Shown here: positions 47,401 to 58,727 of the stretch, in pieces
Position numbering within the stretch: the stretch's first letter is position 1
How the letters are laid out: the number at the start of each line of letters is the position of its first letter
Assembly: GCA_905178155.1 (NCBI GenBank)
Contig: CAJINV010000001.1
Location: forward strand, 3,921,706 to 3,985,705
DNA: 64,000 nucleotides
Direction of reading: 5' to 3'
Source: Amoebophrya sp. A120
Lineage: Eukaryota > Protista > Dinoflagellata
Made by a program: the position numbers and the translations under genes
Notes under the pieces: generated by a model
Told to the model about the DNA's origin: nothing
The model's input: the letters and a program-made list of their open reading frames with translations, nothing else
Database searches by the model: none

Positions 47401-50400
47401 TGTTCATTGCGGCGCAGAATCCGCTGGAAAACCCGAACGCAGATTGGTACAAAGCAATGGATACAGGCAATCAGGTCTTCACGGTCATTTTCACGGTGGA
47501 GCTTCTCTGGCGGATCTACTGCTTCGGCCTCTTTTCCTTTCCAAACAAGCCAAACAAGTATCTGCCGCCACCATCAGGAGGAGGGTTAGCTGTTGCTTCT
47601 GCCAAAGACGGTGGCAGTACTAGCTCCGCATCCGTGATGAAGGCCGCTCAAACTAACACGACGGCTGCCGAAAATCGAGACGTCTTCGCATCGCGCGAGT
47701 CGAGTAAAGCCAGGAGTGTCCCCGGGGTGAGTTTCACGTCTTTCTACTCAGTAGAAGAGACTTCAGAAAAAAAAACCGAGAACGGCAGCAGGCCGTCCAC
47801 CGTCCCGCGACTGGACTCCATCACACCCGTTTCCACACCAAAAACCACCTCCGACCAGCCGTTTTTCGAGCGCCTCGTGAAGAAAATGGAGAAAGCGACC
47901 CGGCGCGAGCGCACCAAACTGAAACCCGGCGAGCGCCACAAAATCGACCAGCGCGTCCCGTTTCTGAAGAACGCCTGGAACTACCTCGATTTGGTGGTGG
48001 TCGTCATCAGTTGGGTAGACGAATTGATGTCCCAAGCCCAGGGGGAAGGACTCTCCGGTTTGCGCGGTCTGCGGGTCTTCCGCGCCCTGCGGCCGCTGCG
48101 CATGGTGCAACGGAACGAATCGCTGCGGTTGGTGGTCGACACGATTTTTCGTGTCTTGCCGCAGCTCGGGAACATTGTGCTCGTGGCCGGCGTGGTCTTC
48201 CTGGTGTTCGCGTTGGTCGGGGTGAGTACCTTCAAGGGCTCGTTTTTTTCCTGCCAGACCTCCGAGTTCCTGCCCTACATGTACACCGCCGTGGATCCGG
48301 GGAAGAGTTCCGAGTCTCTCTTCATCGACACGACGAATTTTTACCAGAGGAGTTACTACGGTGCGACTACTTCTGGCGCGGCAAATCCGACGACCCTGCA
48401 GCCCTACAAGCGGTTCTCGAGCGACACGCCCATCTGCGTGTTGCACTGCCCGAACTCGCCCAACCCGTACTGCCATCAGGAACCCGTGTGGGGCTACCAG
48501 GTAATGAAGTGCTCGCATTGCGCCCGGGCGAACTGCCCGTCAAATATCCGCTATTTCTCCACGGACGGCTACACGGAGCCTTTGAACTCCCTTTATTCCC
48601 CCGGCCCCGGCGTGATTTCCGACCTGCGGACGCTGAAGAACTACTACCACTTAAGTGACGACGAGAGCTTTGACAGCTGTTACGACACGTGTCAAAGCGA
48701 CCTCTACTTCTGCCGGGACAACCGTGACAGCTACGACTGCCTGCAGGAGTGCATCTCGCAGTGCCTCTGCTCGGACCACTGCGAACCGCTGTCCGACGAC
48801 GCGGCGAACTGCGTGGAGCAGGGCGGGAAATGGTTGAACTTCTACGAGAATTTCGACACATTTCTCTCCGGGATGCTGACGTTGATGGAACTCGCAACCT
48901 TACAGTCCTACGGCGAAACGTTGTACAAGGGCGTGGACGCGCGCGGCCCGTACCTCGAGCCGCATCGGGACGAGACGAAGGGCGCGAGCTTGTTCTTCGT
49001 GCTGTTCCTGTTTCTCGGCGCGTTCTTCATTTTGAACCTCTGCATCGGGATGACAGTGGACACGTTTCACCGCGTGAAAAAGGAAGGCGGGATATCCTGT
49101 GTCAAAACGTCCCCACCCCAGAGTTGTCATGCAGATTTGCCATGACTGGAACATTTATGATGCGCAACCCCATGACAGGCATTTTCAATCGTGTTTGGGA
49201 ACTTGTAATGCTGTAAACAGGATCAGCAGATCGATTTGTGATGCGGCTTTCCTTGCTAACTTGCACTACCTTACCGACTGAAACTTGTCATGCGTGACTC
49301 CCAAAACTCCTAGGCTTGTGTTGCAAAATCCCCATCTTGAATCTGGTGTGGGGACGTTTTTAATCAGGATACGGGAACCGGAGTCTGTTTCTCACCGACA
49401 GCCAAAAGTCCTGGCGGCGGTGTCAGGACTTGCTTGCGAGTCACCCGCAGTTTTTTCTTTTGACCAACCTGCAAAATTCGTACAGCAGCCAGGCGAGAAG
49501 ACGGATTTTCGTTTTGGTTTCCCAGGATTGGTTCGACACGACGATCATCCTCTGCATCTGCATCAACACGATCCTGCTCTGCCTGAAAATCGTCCCGGAA
49601 CCCGCGTCCGCACCGGGCTACAGCTTCGCGCTGGAGCTCGGGAATTTGATATTCCTGGTCGTTTTCAACGTCGAGCTTTTCCTGAAACTCTATCCAGGAA
49701 AAAACACCCATCATCCCCATCCAATTTGTCATGCAAAACATGCATAAGCTGCAGTGTTTGCGATGCAAAAAATGGATGGGGATGGGTGTTTTTTCCTGGA
49801 TGAACTCTTCGCCATGCGCGTCGCCTACTTCGAGCTCGGCTGGAACCGCTTCGACTTCCTCTGCGTGCTGGCCTCCGACATCGGGTTCGTGCTCACCGCC
49901 GCCTTCACGTTTGTAAACGACGCCGCGGTGACCAGTTTGGTGGTGCTACGGGTGTTCCGCGTGGCGCGGTTGTTTCGGTTGGCGAGGTTTTTGAAGGGGT
50001 TGAACCAAGTGTTCACGGCCTTCGTGTTGTCGATTCCGAAGCTGTGCAACGTCGGGGGGCTGGTCACGCTGTTGCTCTTCTTCTACACGATCATTGGCAT
50101 GCACTTGTTCGCCAAAGTGCAGCAGTTCGGGTCCAACGTGACCATCTTATGCATTGCAAAAGTATCGTACTCGTATGAATGCAAGTCTTGCATTACAAAT
50201 CATTTTCTTAAGGCAAATCCGCATTACACATTTTATTTCTCATGCTGAGGCAGGAAATTTGTAATGCATTTATACGAGTGGGAGTGCGATACTTTTGCAG
50301 TTCATACATCTCGCAACACAACGAATACGCAAACTTCCGCACCTTCTGGAAGGCGTTCATGACTCTTTTCCGTATAAAATTTTTGAAACGGGCTGTTAGT

Positions 50401-51557
50401 TTTCGTTTTGACACTGAAGATGAGTTTGGATTCGCTTGCTTATTCTTCTTGTTTATTAACATGAGCTAGGGCTAGCATCCATCTTCCTCATGCTTACGAC
50501 AGACTTTCCGTGATATTCCTTCACAACAGGTTGCGTGACCGGGGAAGGTTGGAACACGTTGATGCACAATTATGCTGCTGATGAGTACTTTTACAAATCG
50601 ATCATTGAGAAGCAGTGTGTCTCCTACATGGACGTCGCGAACAATTATGACTACTACGACAAGGAAAAATTACTCACCAACCCGATTGAGTGCGGCACTC
50701 GCTACAGCTACTGGTTTTACCTCTCCTTCGTTTTCGTGGTCTTGATGCTGGCCCTGAACCTTTTCATCGCCGTGATTTTCGAGGCCTATGACGAATCCAA
50801 CCAGGACGACCAGGAGTTTCAGGACGTCGCCGATCACTGTCTGAAATCGTGGCAGCAATACGATTTAAAGTGCACCTGCTACCTCGATTTGGACGACGCA
50901 CTAGTCTACATCGACAAGATGCTGCAGCAACTGGACAAAATCGACCCGAAGTGGAAGCAGTACGCCACGGAGAAGTTGGAGTGCGACCCCTCGCTGTGGA
51001 GTTTGTCTTTCGCGAAATCGCTTTACCTCCGGATCGACGTGGACCGGCAGGTCCCGGTGGTCGCTTGCGTGTTGAGCATCTTGCGATTTCTGATCATCCA
51101 CGGGGACAGCGGTGTGGAGTCGACAGACGCAACGACATTGGCGGACCAACAGGAAAAGCACATGGAAGTGCTAAAGGAGTTGGAGCAGATGAATGATGAA
51201 TTTTACGCCGCATCGGATTCATCCATGTCTCTAGCAGCATTCGGGAAAATGCTCAGCCCACGGAGAAAGCGAAGCAGCGACGCTGGTCATTCTGGGACCA
51301 GGCAGGGCAGTAATGTCAGCGTGGTGAGCAGCAGAACGCCGTCGAACGTCGGCGGAGGAGCAGGACAAGAAGGGGATAGTACAGGTGGTCAACAAAGCCA
51401 GCAAAAGGTGCGGAAATTGATCCCGCTCGAATTCCACGTGGCGGCGTCAAAAATTCAGCGGATTCGGAGGGAAATCGTTGTGAACAGGAAAATGAGAGCG
51501 ACAAATAGGGCGAGCAACGCTAACTTGTTCAGTGGTATCGCTTTTGCAGTTGATTGA
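41406..51557 (+). CDS. Four-domain voltage-gated Ca2+/Na+ channel alpha subunit
   Basis: Four S4 helices (LRVLRVLRPLR, FRALRILKLAR, LRVFRALRPLR, LRVFRVARLFR), four pore loops, III-IV linker LFLTDSQKSW, EF-hand-like and IQ (AASKIQR) C-terminus. GT-AG introns 41637-41792 and 50372-50529 plus four introners. Start codon uncertain. Confidence 0.93.
43738..44008. mobile_element. Introner-like TIR element, family B (271 bp), TSD GCGCG, inverted relative to the other family B copies
   Basis: TATCAAATGCAAAAATGTCTGGGTCTGG...CCAGACCCAGACATTTTTGCATTTGATA (28-bp perfect IR). GCGCG at 43733-43737 and 44009-44013. Joins ORFs 41745 and 44013 in frame. Confidence 0.92.
49093..49371. mobile_element. Introner-like TIR element, family C (279 bp), TSD CGGGA
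   Basis: TATCCTGTGTCAAAACGTCCCCAC...GTGGGGACGTTTTTAATCAGGATA. CGGGA at 49088-49092 and 49372-49376. Excision gives KKEGGNRSLFLTDSQ. Confidence 0.9.
49691..49802. mobile_element. Introner-like TIR element, family D (112 bp), TSD AACTC
   Basis: TATCCAGGAAAAAACACCCATC...GATGGGTGTTTTTTCCTGGATG. AACTC at 49686-49690 and 49803-49807. Excision gives LKLFAMRVAYF..GWNRFDF. Confidence 0.9.
50148..50306. mobile_element. Introner-like TIR element, family A (159 bp), TSD CATCT
   Basis: TATGCATTGCAAAAGTATCGTACTC...GAGTGCGATACTTTTGCAGTTCATA. CATCT at 50143-50147 and 50307-50311. Excision gives VTISQHNEYANFRTF. Confidence 0.9.
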
Positions 51558-52397
51558 CTGGTGTGCAGCCATGTGGTCAATAAATTTTGGTTTTCCGTGA
51601 TTTTGGTGTGCATGTGTATCAAAAACAACTACGACGATCACAGCTATACCCTAAGGGTCCAAAACATAGAAGTACTTATTCCAGCATCAACTACGAGTGA
51701 ATTCGGAGAAGATGTTGCTCACGCTTATTGCATGTTTTCTTTTCCCAAAAAAAACGAGAAAGAAGAGCGCTCGACGTTGAAGATTCCCCGTCGCAGTTTC
51801 CGCTTGACGAGGTCGCGTGTTCTTCTGTATTTGCTTTGCGCCATGAGCATGATCTTCTTCGTCTTCGTCTGTTTCGTCTGCAAGTGTCGTCAAGATCATC
51901 ATAATTATTTCGTACGGAGCTGATTGTTGCCCTGGTTATCCATTATGTTGTATTTGCCAGTGCTGCATCACGTTCATCATTCATGCCTCTCCGCTCGTTT
52001 CGTTCCTCTTCTTCGTACTCGTCGTTCATTGACGTTGCACTCCGTCTGTCGTTCCACTGGTGGTTTCCGCTTTGTGCGACACTCGTTCCAGCTCTTTACT
52101 TCTATCTGCATCACACTACTTAAAAATAGAAGACCGGCGCAACCGATTGCCGCGACTAGAAAACGCACATTAATAAGCAGAAAACAAAAAAAAGCGACGT
52201 GGTCGTTTCCACTTCCCTCTACTAGAATTCAACGCTTAACCTCCAAAGGAAGGAGACGCGGTACTAGTCTGCAGACTGTCAACATAGACATAGTCTTCAA
52301 GAGGAATCTCAAGCACAAAGAACTCCATCGCGACTCAATAAAAAGGTCTTCTAAAAACCAACGCGACACATCGTCAGCTCCAAGAAGCACGACAAAA

Positions 52398-53332
52398 ATG
52401 TCCACCCAGTCGACTTTCAGCACCATTGAGGTCCGGCGTCAGCCGCCCACCAAGGCCGTCTTCAACGGCATCCTGCGTCACCAGGGCCGCGCGTCGGTCA
52501 GCAGTGTCGACGTGAAGGACAGCTCCAAGGCGCTGGTGGACTTGCTGCAATCCAAGGATGCCGCCTACGAGCTCGGGCGCATGCACTTCTGGGGCGGCAT
52601 GGAAGGCACCCAAGGGCCGTACGCTGTGTTTACGAAGGAAGGCAACCGCGTCACCATGAGCGCGTTTTACCACAAGACTGAGGTATCTATAGCACTTCGT
52701 TCATCACGAATAGCAATGAACTTAAACGTGAAACAAAAATGAAATTGGAAATCCAAGAAATCGAAACTATAATTTGTTGCAGCTGGTGCTAATTCCAATT
52801 CCAGCATGGATCAAGACCTTATTGAAGGAACCAACTAGAAGTCCAACGTTGGTGGCACACGACGACATAAACCAATGTCAAATATAATTGTTCATCAAAA
52901 CATAAACAGCATTCCCCGGGTGACTTTTGCGAGCGCGTTCTGGGGAGCGAGGGAGCAGGCAATGCGAGCAAGGAGGTTTGCAACACATCCGTGCTGTTCC
53001 AGCCCGAGTTCATGGACCGCAAGGCCCGCACCGCCATTCCCTGCGTGGTGACGCGCACGCTGATGCCGCTGAAGAACCAAGCAGGCGCCGTGAACTGGAT
53101 GCAGACCAACCAGGCGAAGTTATGGGAGATGATGCAGCGCACCGGCGCGGCGCAGGTCTACTTGATCTTCGGCGAAAAAACCGCGGCAATGGGCGGTGTC
53201 TACATGACCGCGGAGGGCGCGAAAGCGGCGGCCGAGACGGCAAAAACGATTTTTGCCGACTTGGCGCCATACGCGGCCGGACCGCCGTCGGATCGCACCC
53301 TGATCCACGATGCGTGCTTCTTCTGGAAGTGA
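52398..53332 (+). CDS. Hypothetical protein (2 exons)
   Basis: Exon 52398-52683, GT-AG intron 52684-52909, exon 52910-53332. Strong GC3 codon bias. No family recognised. Confidence 0.7.
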
Positions 53333-54486
53333 GGAAGATGGTATAAGAAAATGAACTTCTGTTGTACCCCAGCGGAAGTCTAAAAAATTTTGCGTTTTTC
53401 ATCAAAACAAAAACTAACACAAGCTGGCTCTAGCTCAACATAAGTATCACGTTCGAAAAGAAAACAAATTCAAACATATTCATGTGATTTTGTACCTAGT
53501 AGTAGCCGTCCGGGTCGCATAAAGAGCGGACAATAATTGCGGCCTTGCTTTCGATACCCTCGATGTGAGGAACCGCTGTGTCTTTTTGTGTTTTGTGCGA
53601 TTCCCGACCCCGGCTACGGCTTCTGTGTTATTTTTGCTGTAGTTTTTGTCTACCCACGTCAACAGAAACACAATCACAACCAAACAAAGTAGAAGCTCTG
53701 CATAGCAGCAACTCGCTCCATTCAAAAAAATTATCTTTTTTCATCCCGGCTTTATTCGGAACCCAGTTACAGTGTACTTCACGCTAAGTATGATTCTGCA
53801 AAATCATATTAAATCGTACTGTTTCATCAGATTCAGTTACAGTTTTCTGACAACATCATGTTGAAAAACACGTAAATCGATAGGATTAGGAGGAGATGAA
53901 ACAACCACCGCTACGTGTACATGTAGTTGTCATTGCCATTGGGTGGCGGAAAAAAGTGTTCTGCGCCAGGAACAAGAGAGATCACATAGACATAGATACA
54001 ACTTAATCTTCCGTATTGGAGAGGTGAAATTTTGAGAAATTTCATCAATTAGAACGAGTATTTCTCAATTCTCATGAGTTGCATCTTTCTAGCCCCTCTT
54101 GATCTACGTCTATGCCTGCTCTACTTGCGGATTGTCCCGGAAACATTGTCGTCCACATTGTTGCTGGCGCCGCTGCACTGTCAACAGGTCTCTGATGATG
54201 TATTTCTAGTTTTCCTCGTCGTAGAGTAGAATATGAATATGAGTAAGAATCGCATCCGCATCAAAAACTAAAATTCTAAGTGCTTTTTTATCAGATGAAT
54301 ACATCGGTAGTGACGGGGTTGTCCTCTACTTCACCCTCGGTTGTAATGACCGCATACTAGCCCAGCAACGGTGCCCCTTTGGTCCTTTCGCAGTTTCATT
54401 CTCCCAGAGGTAAAAGAGGTCCTTGGCTTGTGAATCTCCCGCCGTCCTCTGCGTATAATTACCTAAACGACAAAGAGCCCGGCAGC

Positions 54487-56270
54487 ATGGTGGACGTGGA
54501 CGCTACCAGTCTGACGATCACCGTCGTTGCCGCCTTTTTCCTCTGCGCGCTGGCGGTGGGCGGAGGCGTAGGAGGTGGGGCGCTCTACATGCCAGTGTAT
54601 GTTGGCCTTCTCAACGACGCACATTTGGCGGTGCCGCTCGCGAAGATAACAACAAATGGTAAAAGGTCATATGTGGTGAAGAATAAGTTTAAGTTGTAGA
54701 AGAGGTTTGTTCTTTCGCGTACGCCTTCTTGTCTTGAGTTTGCGCTTTACTTATTTGTAAATTCAAGAGAATGAGAATGCAGAAATGATCAAGATGAATA
54801 TCAACCATTTGTTCGCAGGTGTCGCCTGGTCCGCGTTTTTCTTCAATCTGTTTGCCCGACACCCCGACGACAGCAGGCGACCCTTGATCAACTACGACGT
54901 GGCACTGATTATGGAGCCCCTCACGCTCATTGGTACCATCATCGGCGTCGCACTCAACGTGATACTGACGTCAGGTATGTTGAGTTGTTCCCATGTTGTT
55001 TTGCAACGCGTAGTGTGAGCAAATGATTGGGATTGCTCTTTTATTTTTCCTTGCTAGTATTTTTCTTTTTCTTTGTCTTTCATTTTCTTTTCTTGGTCGG
55101 TGATTCTTGAACGAATTCGAAATACGGCAGGCCACGTTCTCTTCACACTAGTCACGGTTCTGGGATTCACCGCCTACCGGACCCTGGAGAAGGGTTGCAA
55201 ACAGAGAAATAAGGAACTTGCGTTTTTGAAGGATAGAGCGGAGGCGACGGGAATATCGTATAGTCAAGCAAGAGCTTGAGCTTGATGCTCATATTTTGCT
55301 TTGGATGATGATGAATTTGCAGCGATGCACATGCAAGGATAAAAAGCAAGCGCGCTCGCGAGAAAGTTTGGTCCTCGCAAAAATTTGGATTTGACGAAAC
55401 TCAAACTTCTCCTTTTCCAGGTCCGCTCCTTCCTCCGCAGTCGAGCTGCCATCCGTCACGTCCCAACAAGAGCGCGCTGCGCTGCTTGGAACGGAAACCG
55501 ACGATTCCTCAAACCCCGCTCCCAGATGGTTTCCAGTGGACAAATTTCTCACTATGGTGGGCCTGTGGGTGTTTCACTGTGCCTGTCTGTTCTACGCCGG
55601 CGGACCCTTCGCCATAGCCTGCGGGGAGCCGCAGGAAAAGGCTGCGATAGTGCTGAACTTCCTCGTGCAGCTCGGGTTCACGCTCTACTGGCGCAGAAGG
55701 TGTTTGAACTTACAGGAAAAGAAGCGCAACGACGCGGCCCTACTCGAAAACGATTTTGCCGCGACGACAACCGCTGGCACTGGTCAACGGCACCTGGTTC
55801 AGGAAAATTTCCAGTTCGGCACCATGAACACCCTCGTCTACCCCTTTCTGAGCGGCGTTGCGGGTGTATGCGCGGGCGCGCTGGGGATCGCGGGCGGGCT
55901 GATAAAAGGGCCACTTATGGTGGACTGGGGTTTGGCCGCGCAAAGTGCGACGGCGACGGCCATCTTCATGATCATGTTCACCTCAAGTTCCACGATCTTG
56001 CAGTTCGTGATCCTGGGCCGACTGGAGCTGAAGATAAGCCTTCTCCTCTGGTTTACCGGTTTTGGCGGCGGCCTGCTCGGTTCCAAAATGGTCGCGAGTG
56101 TGCTGAAGAAATTCGACCGGCAGAGCTTCGTGACCTTCTTCCTCGGGTTCATCATCGTCGCGTCCGCGCTCTGCATGTGCAGCGTCGTCATCCTGCAAAT
56201 GCTGGACATTTTCCCGCAACCACACTCAGATAAGGACCTGGACTATTGCTCATTGGCCGCGCTGCACTAA
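54487..56270 (+). CDS. Sulfite exporter TauE/SafE family membrane protein
   Basis: AVGGGVGGGALYMP, RPLINYDVALIMEPLTLIGTIIG, AGALGIAGGLIKGP, ATATAIFMIMFTSS. GT-AG introns 54659-54818, 54975-55130, 55258-55420. Confidence 0.88.
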
Positions 56271-57053
56271 GGCAAGAGCTGGGTCCACTGTCCATCTTGT
56301 CCTGGTGTTTTCCTAACGCAAGGCTTAGGCTAAAGCAGGAGGGGAAGGTCGCCGTCGGCGGTGTCGTTTTCGTTGCAGCTGCGCTTCCTGCAAAACAAAA
56401 GATCGGGGACAACATCTCTGGGGGAAAAGAGAAGCGCAATAACCTCCTCGTCCTGCTCTGGAGCACCGTTGGAACGCAGCCGCGATACCGCCGTTCTGTC
56501 CCCGTTGGAACAAACGCAGTCAGAGCCTGGTGGTCATACCCCGGAAAGGAGGTGGCCCAGCAGCTGAGGTGGTTCTGAAGGTGGAATGAGAATGACGAGG
56601 TAGCTGTGGAGGACGGCAATTGACAAAGAGAAAGAAATTGAAGATCAAGACGACTTTTTCAAAAAACGCCGGAATAAAATTGCCTAATTTCCAGCTTGAA
56701 AGAAATAAAGACAAAGAGTTGTAGACCTTCACATTGCGCATCGATCCAACTATATCTAAGGACGAATGCTGCCTTTAACATCAATCCGCTGATGAATGCT
56801 CAAGAAGAAGTAGAAAGCACCTTTGTTCCGAGTACGCTGCGCACATCTACTAGCAGCAGTGGCACACGACCATGGAAGACGTCCTTGTGTCCTTGTGCTT
56901 CTGCTTGTTCTCGTTCCCTGAATTCTGCTCCTCGGCACAATTGTGCAACAGTATCACGACCACACTAGCCAGTGTTTGAGCTTGAGTTTCTCGTCTGTAA
57001 TACCCGGCGCTGACCCTGTGCTCGTGCGCATCGAGCGTTTTGAGTCATACCAA

Positions 57054-58727
57054 ATGGCGCGAGGCGGCGTTTCGTTTCGTGTTCGTGCAGCCGCAGCACG
57101 CGCTGCTGAACTGCTTTTGCTGCAATGCTCCACCTCTTTGTTTTCCCCGACGCCATTGTTGTTCTTTAGCGGGGGACCACGAGGAGTCCATGCAATGAAG
57201 AAGAAAATTGAAACGGACAACCACGGCACGATGGAGATCGACGTGGAGGATATCCACAGGAATGAAACTCATACCCATCCAGTTTGTCGTGCAAAACATA
57301 CATGAAATCCTGTCTCTGTCATGCAAAAAAGGGATTGGGACGGTTTTTGTCTTCTGTGGATAGAGGACGACGAGTTTTTCCAGATGGGCGTGGACATGCA
57401 CGCCCGCGGCGACTTCCCGTACCCGGTGAAGATTGGTTTCGAGAAGGCCGAGCGCGAGGAGGACGGCGCCTGGATCACGAAAAACTGGCGGAAGTGGAAG
57501 ACCGAGCTGGTCACGCACGCGCTCGCCTCCTTCGGGCCGCACGAGTGGAAGTTTTTCCGCACGAAATGGCTTCCGGGGAACAAGAAATTAGTTGGGGCGA
57601 AGAAGGTGGACAAGATTCTCAGCGACTTCAAGCGCCACCGCTACTGGTACTACTACGACCCGGAGGGGGCGAAACAGCAACAGAAGCGGGACAAGGAGGT
57701 GAAAGAAGCAGCGAAGAAGAGGAAAATGGAAAAGCTGAAAACCTCGACGACCACGACGTCGACCACTACGGCCTCCGTCGGTCAGGCGAAGAAAAACTCA
57801 GCGAAAACCGCGGGGAAAGAGGCGAAAAAGGGAAAACAGCAGGACAAAATCGTCAAAGAAGATGCTGAAAATAAAGATAAACTCGCTGCTAGCATCAAAT
57901 TCGTCCCTGAGGAGCAGAAGAATGAGAATGGCGCTTCGAGTGTGCCTGATCTAGAGCTCCTGCAACAAGAGGAGAAAATGCGGTATGGCGGCAAGAAGCC
58001 ACCAACACAAGTGACTTTCAACACGAGACCAAAAGACCCCGATGCGCGGGACAGTGACGCGGACGAGGATTTTGAACTCTGGAATCACCGGAGCAAGCAC
58101 GCAAAGGCGAAGCGGAACGCGCCCAAGGCGGTAAAGGACAAGTACTTTGCGAAGGGTGGTAAGACCTGGGCGGAAGAGCAGTTGGAGAAGCAACGGAAAC
58201 GTGACGCAGATCTGGACCAGAAAATCAAGGAGGAAAAGCGGCAGAAAAAGGACAAGAAGTCGAAGGACGATGAAGGTACAGCGAAGAAAAATAAAGTGGA
58301 GAAAACGTCGAAATCCAAAGCGGACCAGGAGGCAGAGGACCAAAAGATCATCAAGAAGGCGGCCGAAGAGAACCAAAAGATGGAAGAGAGGTACACTGCA
58401 GCGGCAAAGAAAAAAAAGAAGGAGGCTGCGGAACAGGCGGAGAAGAAAAAGAAGCAGGACGAGGAGACTGCGAAAGAGAAGAAACAGCATGAGGAGGCGG
58501 AAAAAGAAAAGCAGGAGGAAGCGGAGGCCCAGAAGATTGAAGAGAAAGCTGAAGCGAAGCGCAAGCACAATCTGGCGCTGGACTATGCCAACAAACTCGT
58601 CCAACAGGCAAGTGCTGACTATGAAAAGAAAAAGGCAGCTGCGGAGAAGAAGGAGTCGCAGAAAAAGAAGAAAAAGGCGGCAAAAAGCGTCAAGAAACCA
58701 GCGAAGACTGTCAAAGGTGAATTGTGA
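57054..58727 (+). CDS. Lys/Glu-rich protein with possible signal peptide and C-terminal KGEL
   Basis: Exons 57054-57250 and 57368-58727 joined by introner removal (DVEDDEFFQM). Trp-rich N-terminal domain, charged tail, ends TVKGEL*. Confidence 0.7.
57251..57362. mobile_element. Introner-like TIR element, family D (112 bp), TSD GAGGA
   Basis: TATCCACAG...CTGTGGATA. GAGGA at 57246-57250 and 57363-57367. Internal CCCATCCAGTTTGTCGTGCAAAACATACAT matches the 49691 copy, and the length is identical. Confidence 0.88.
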
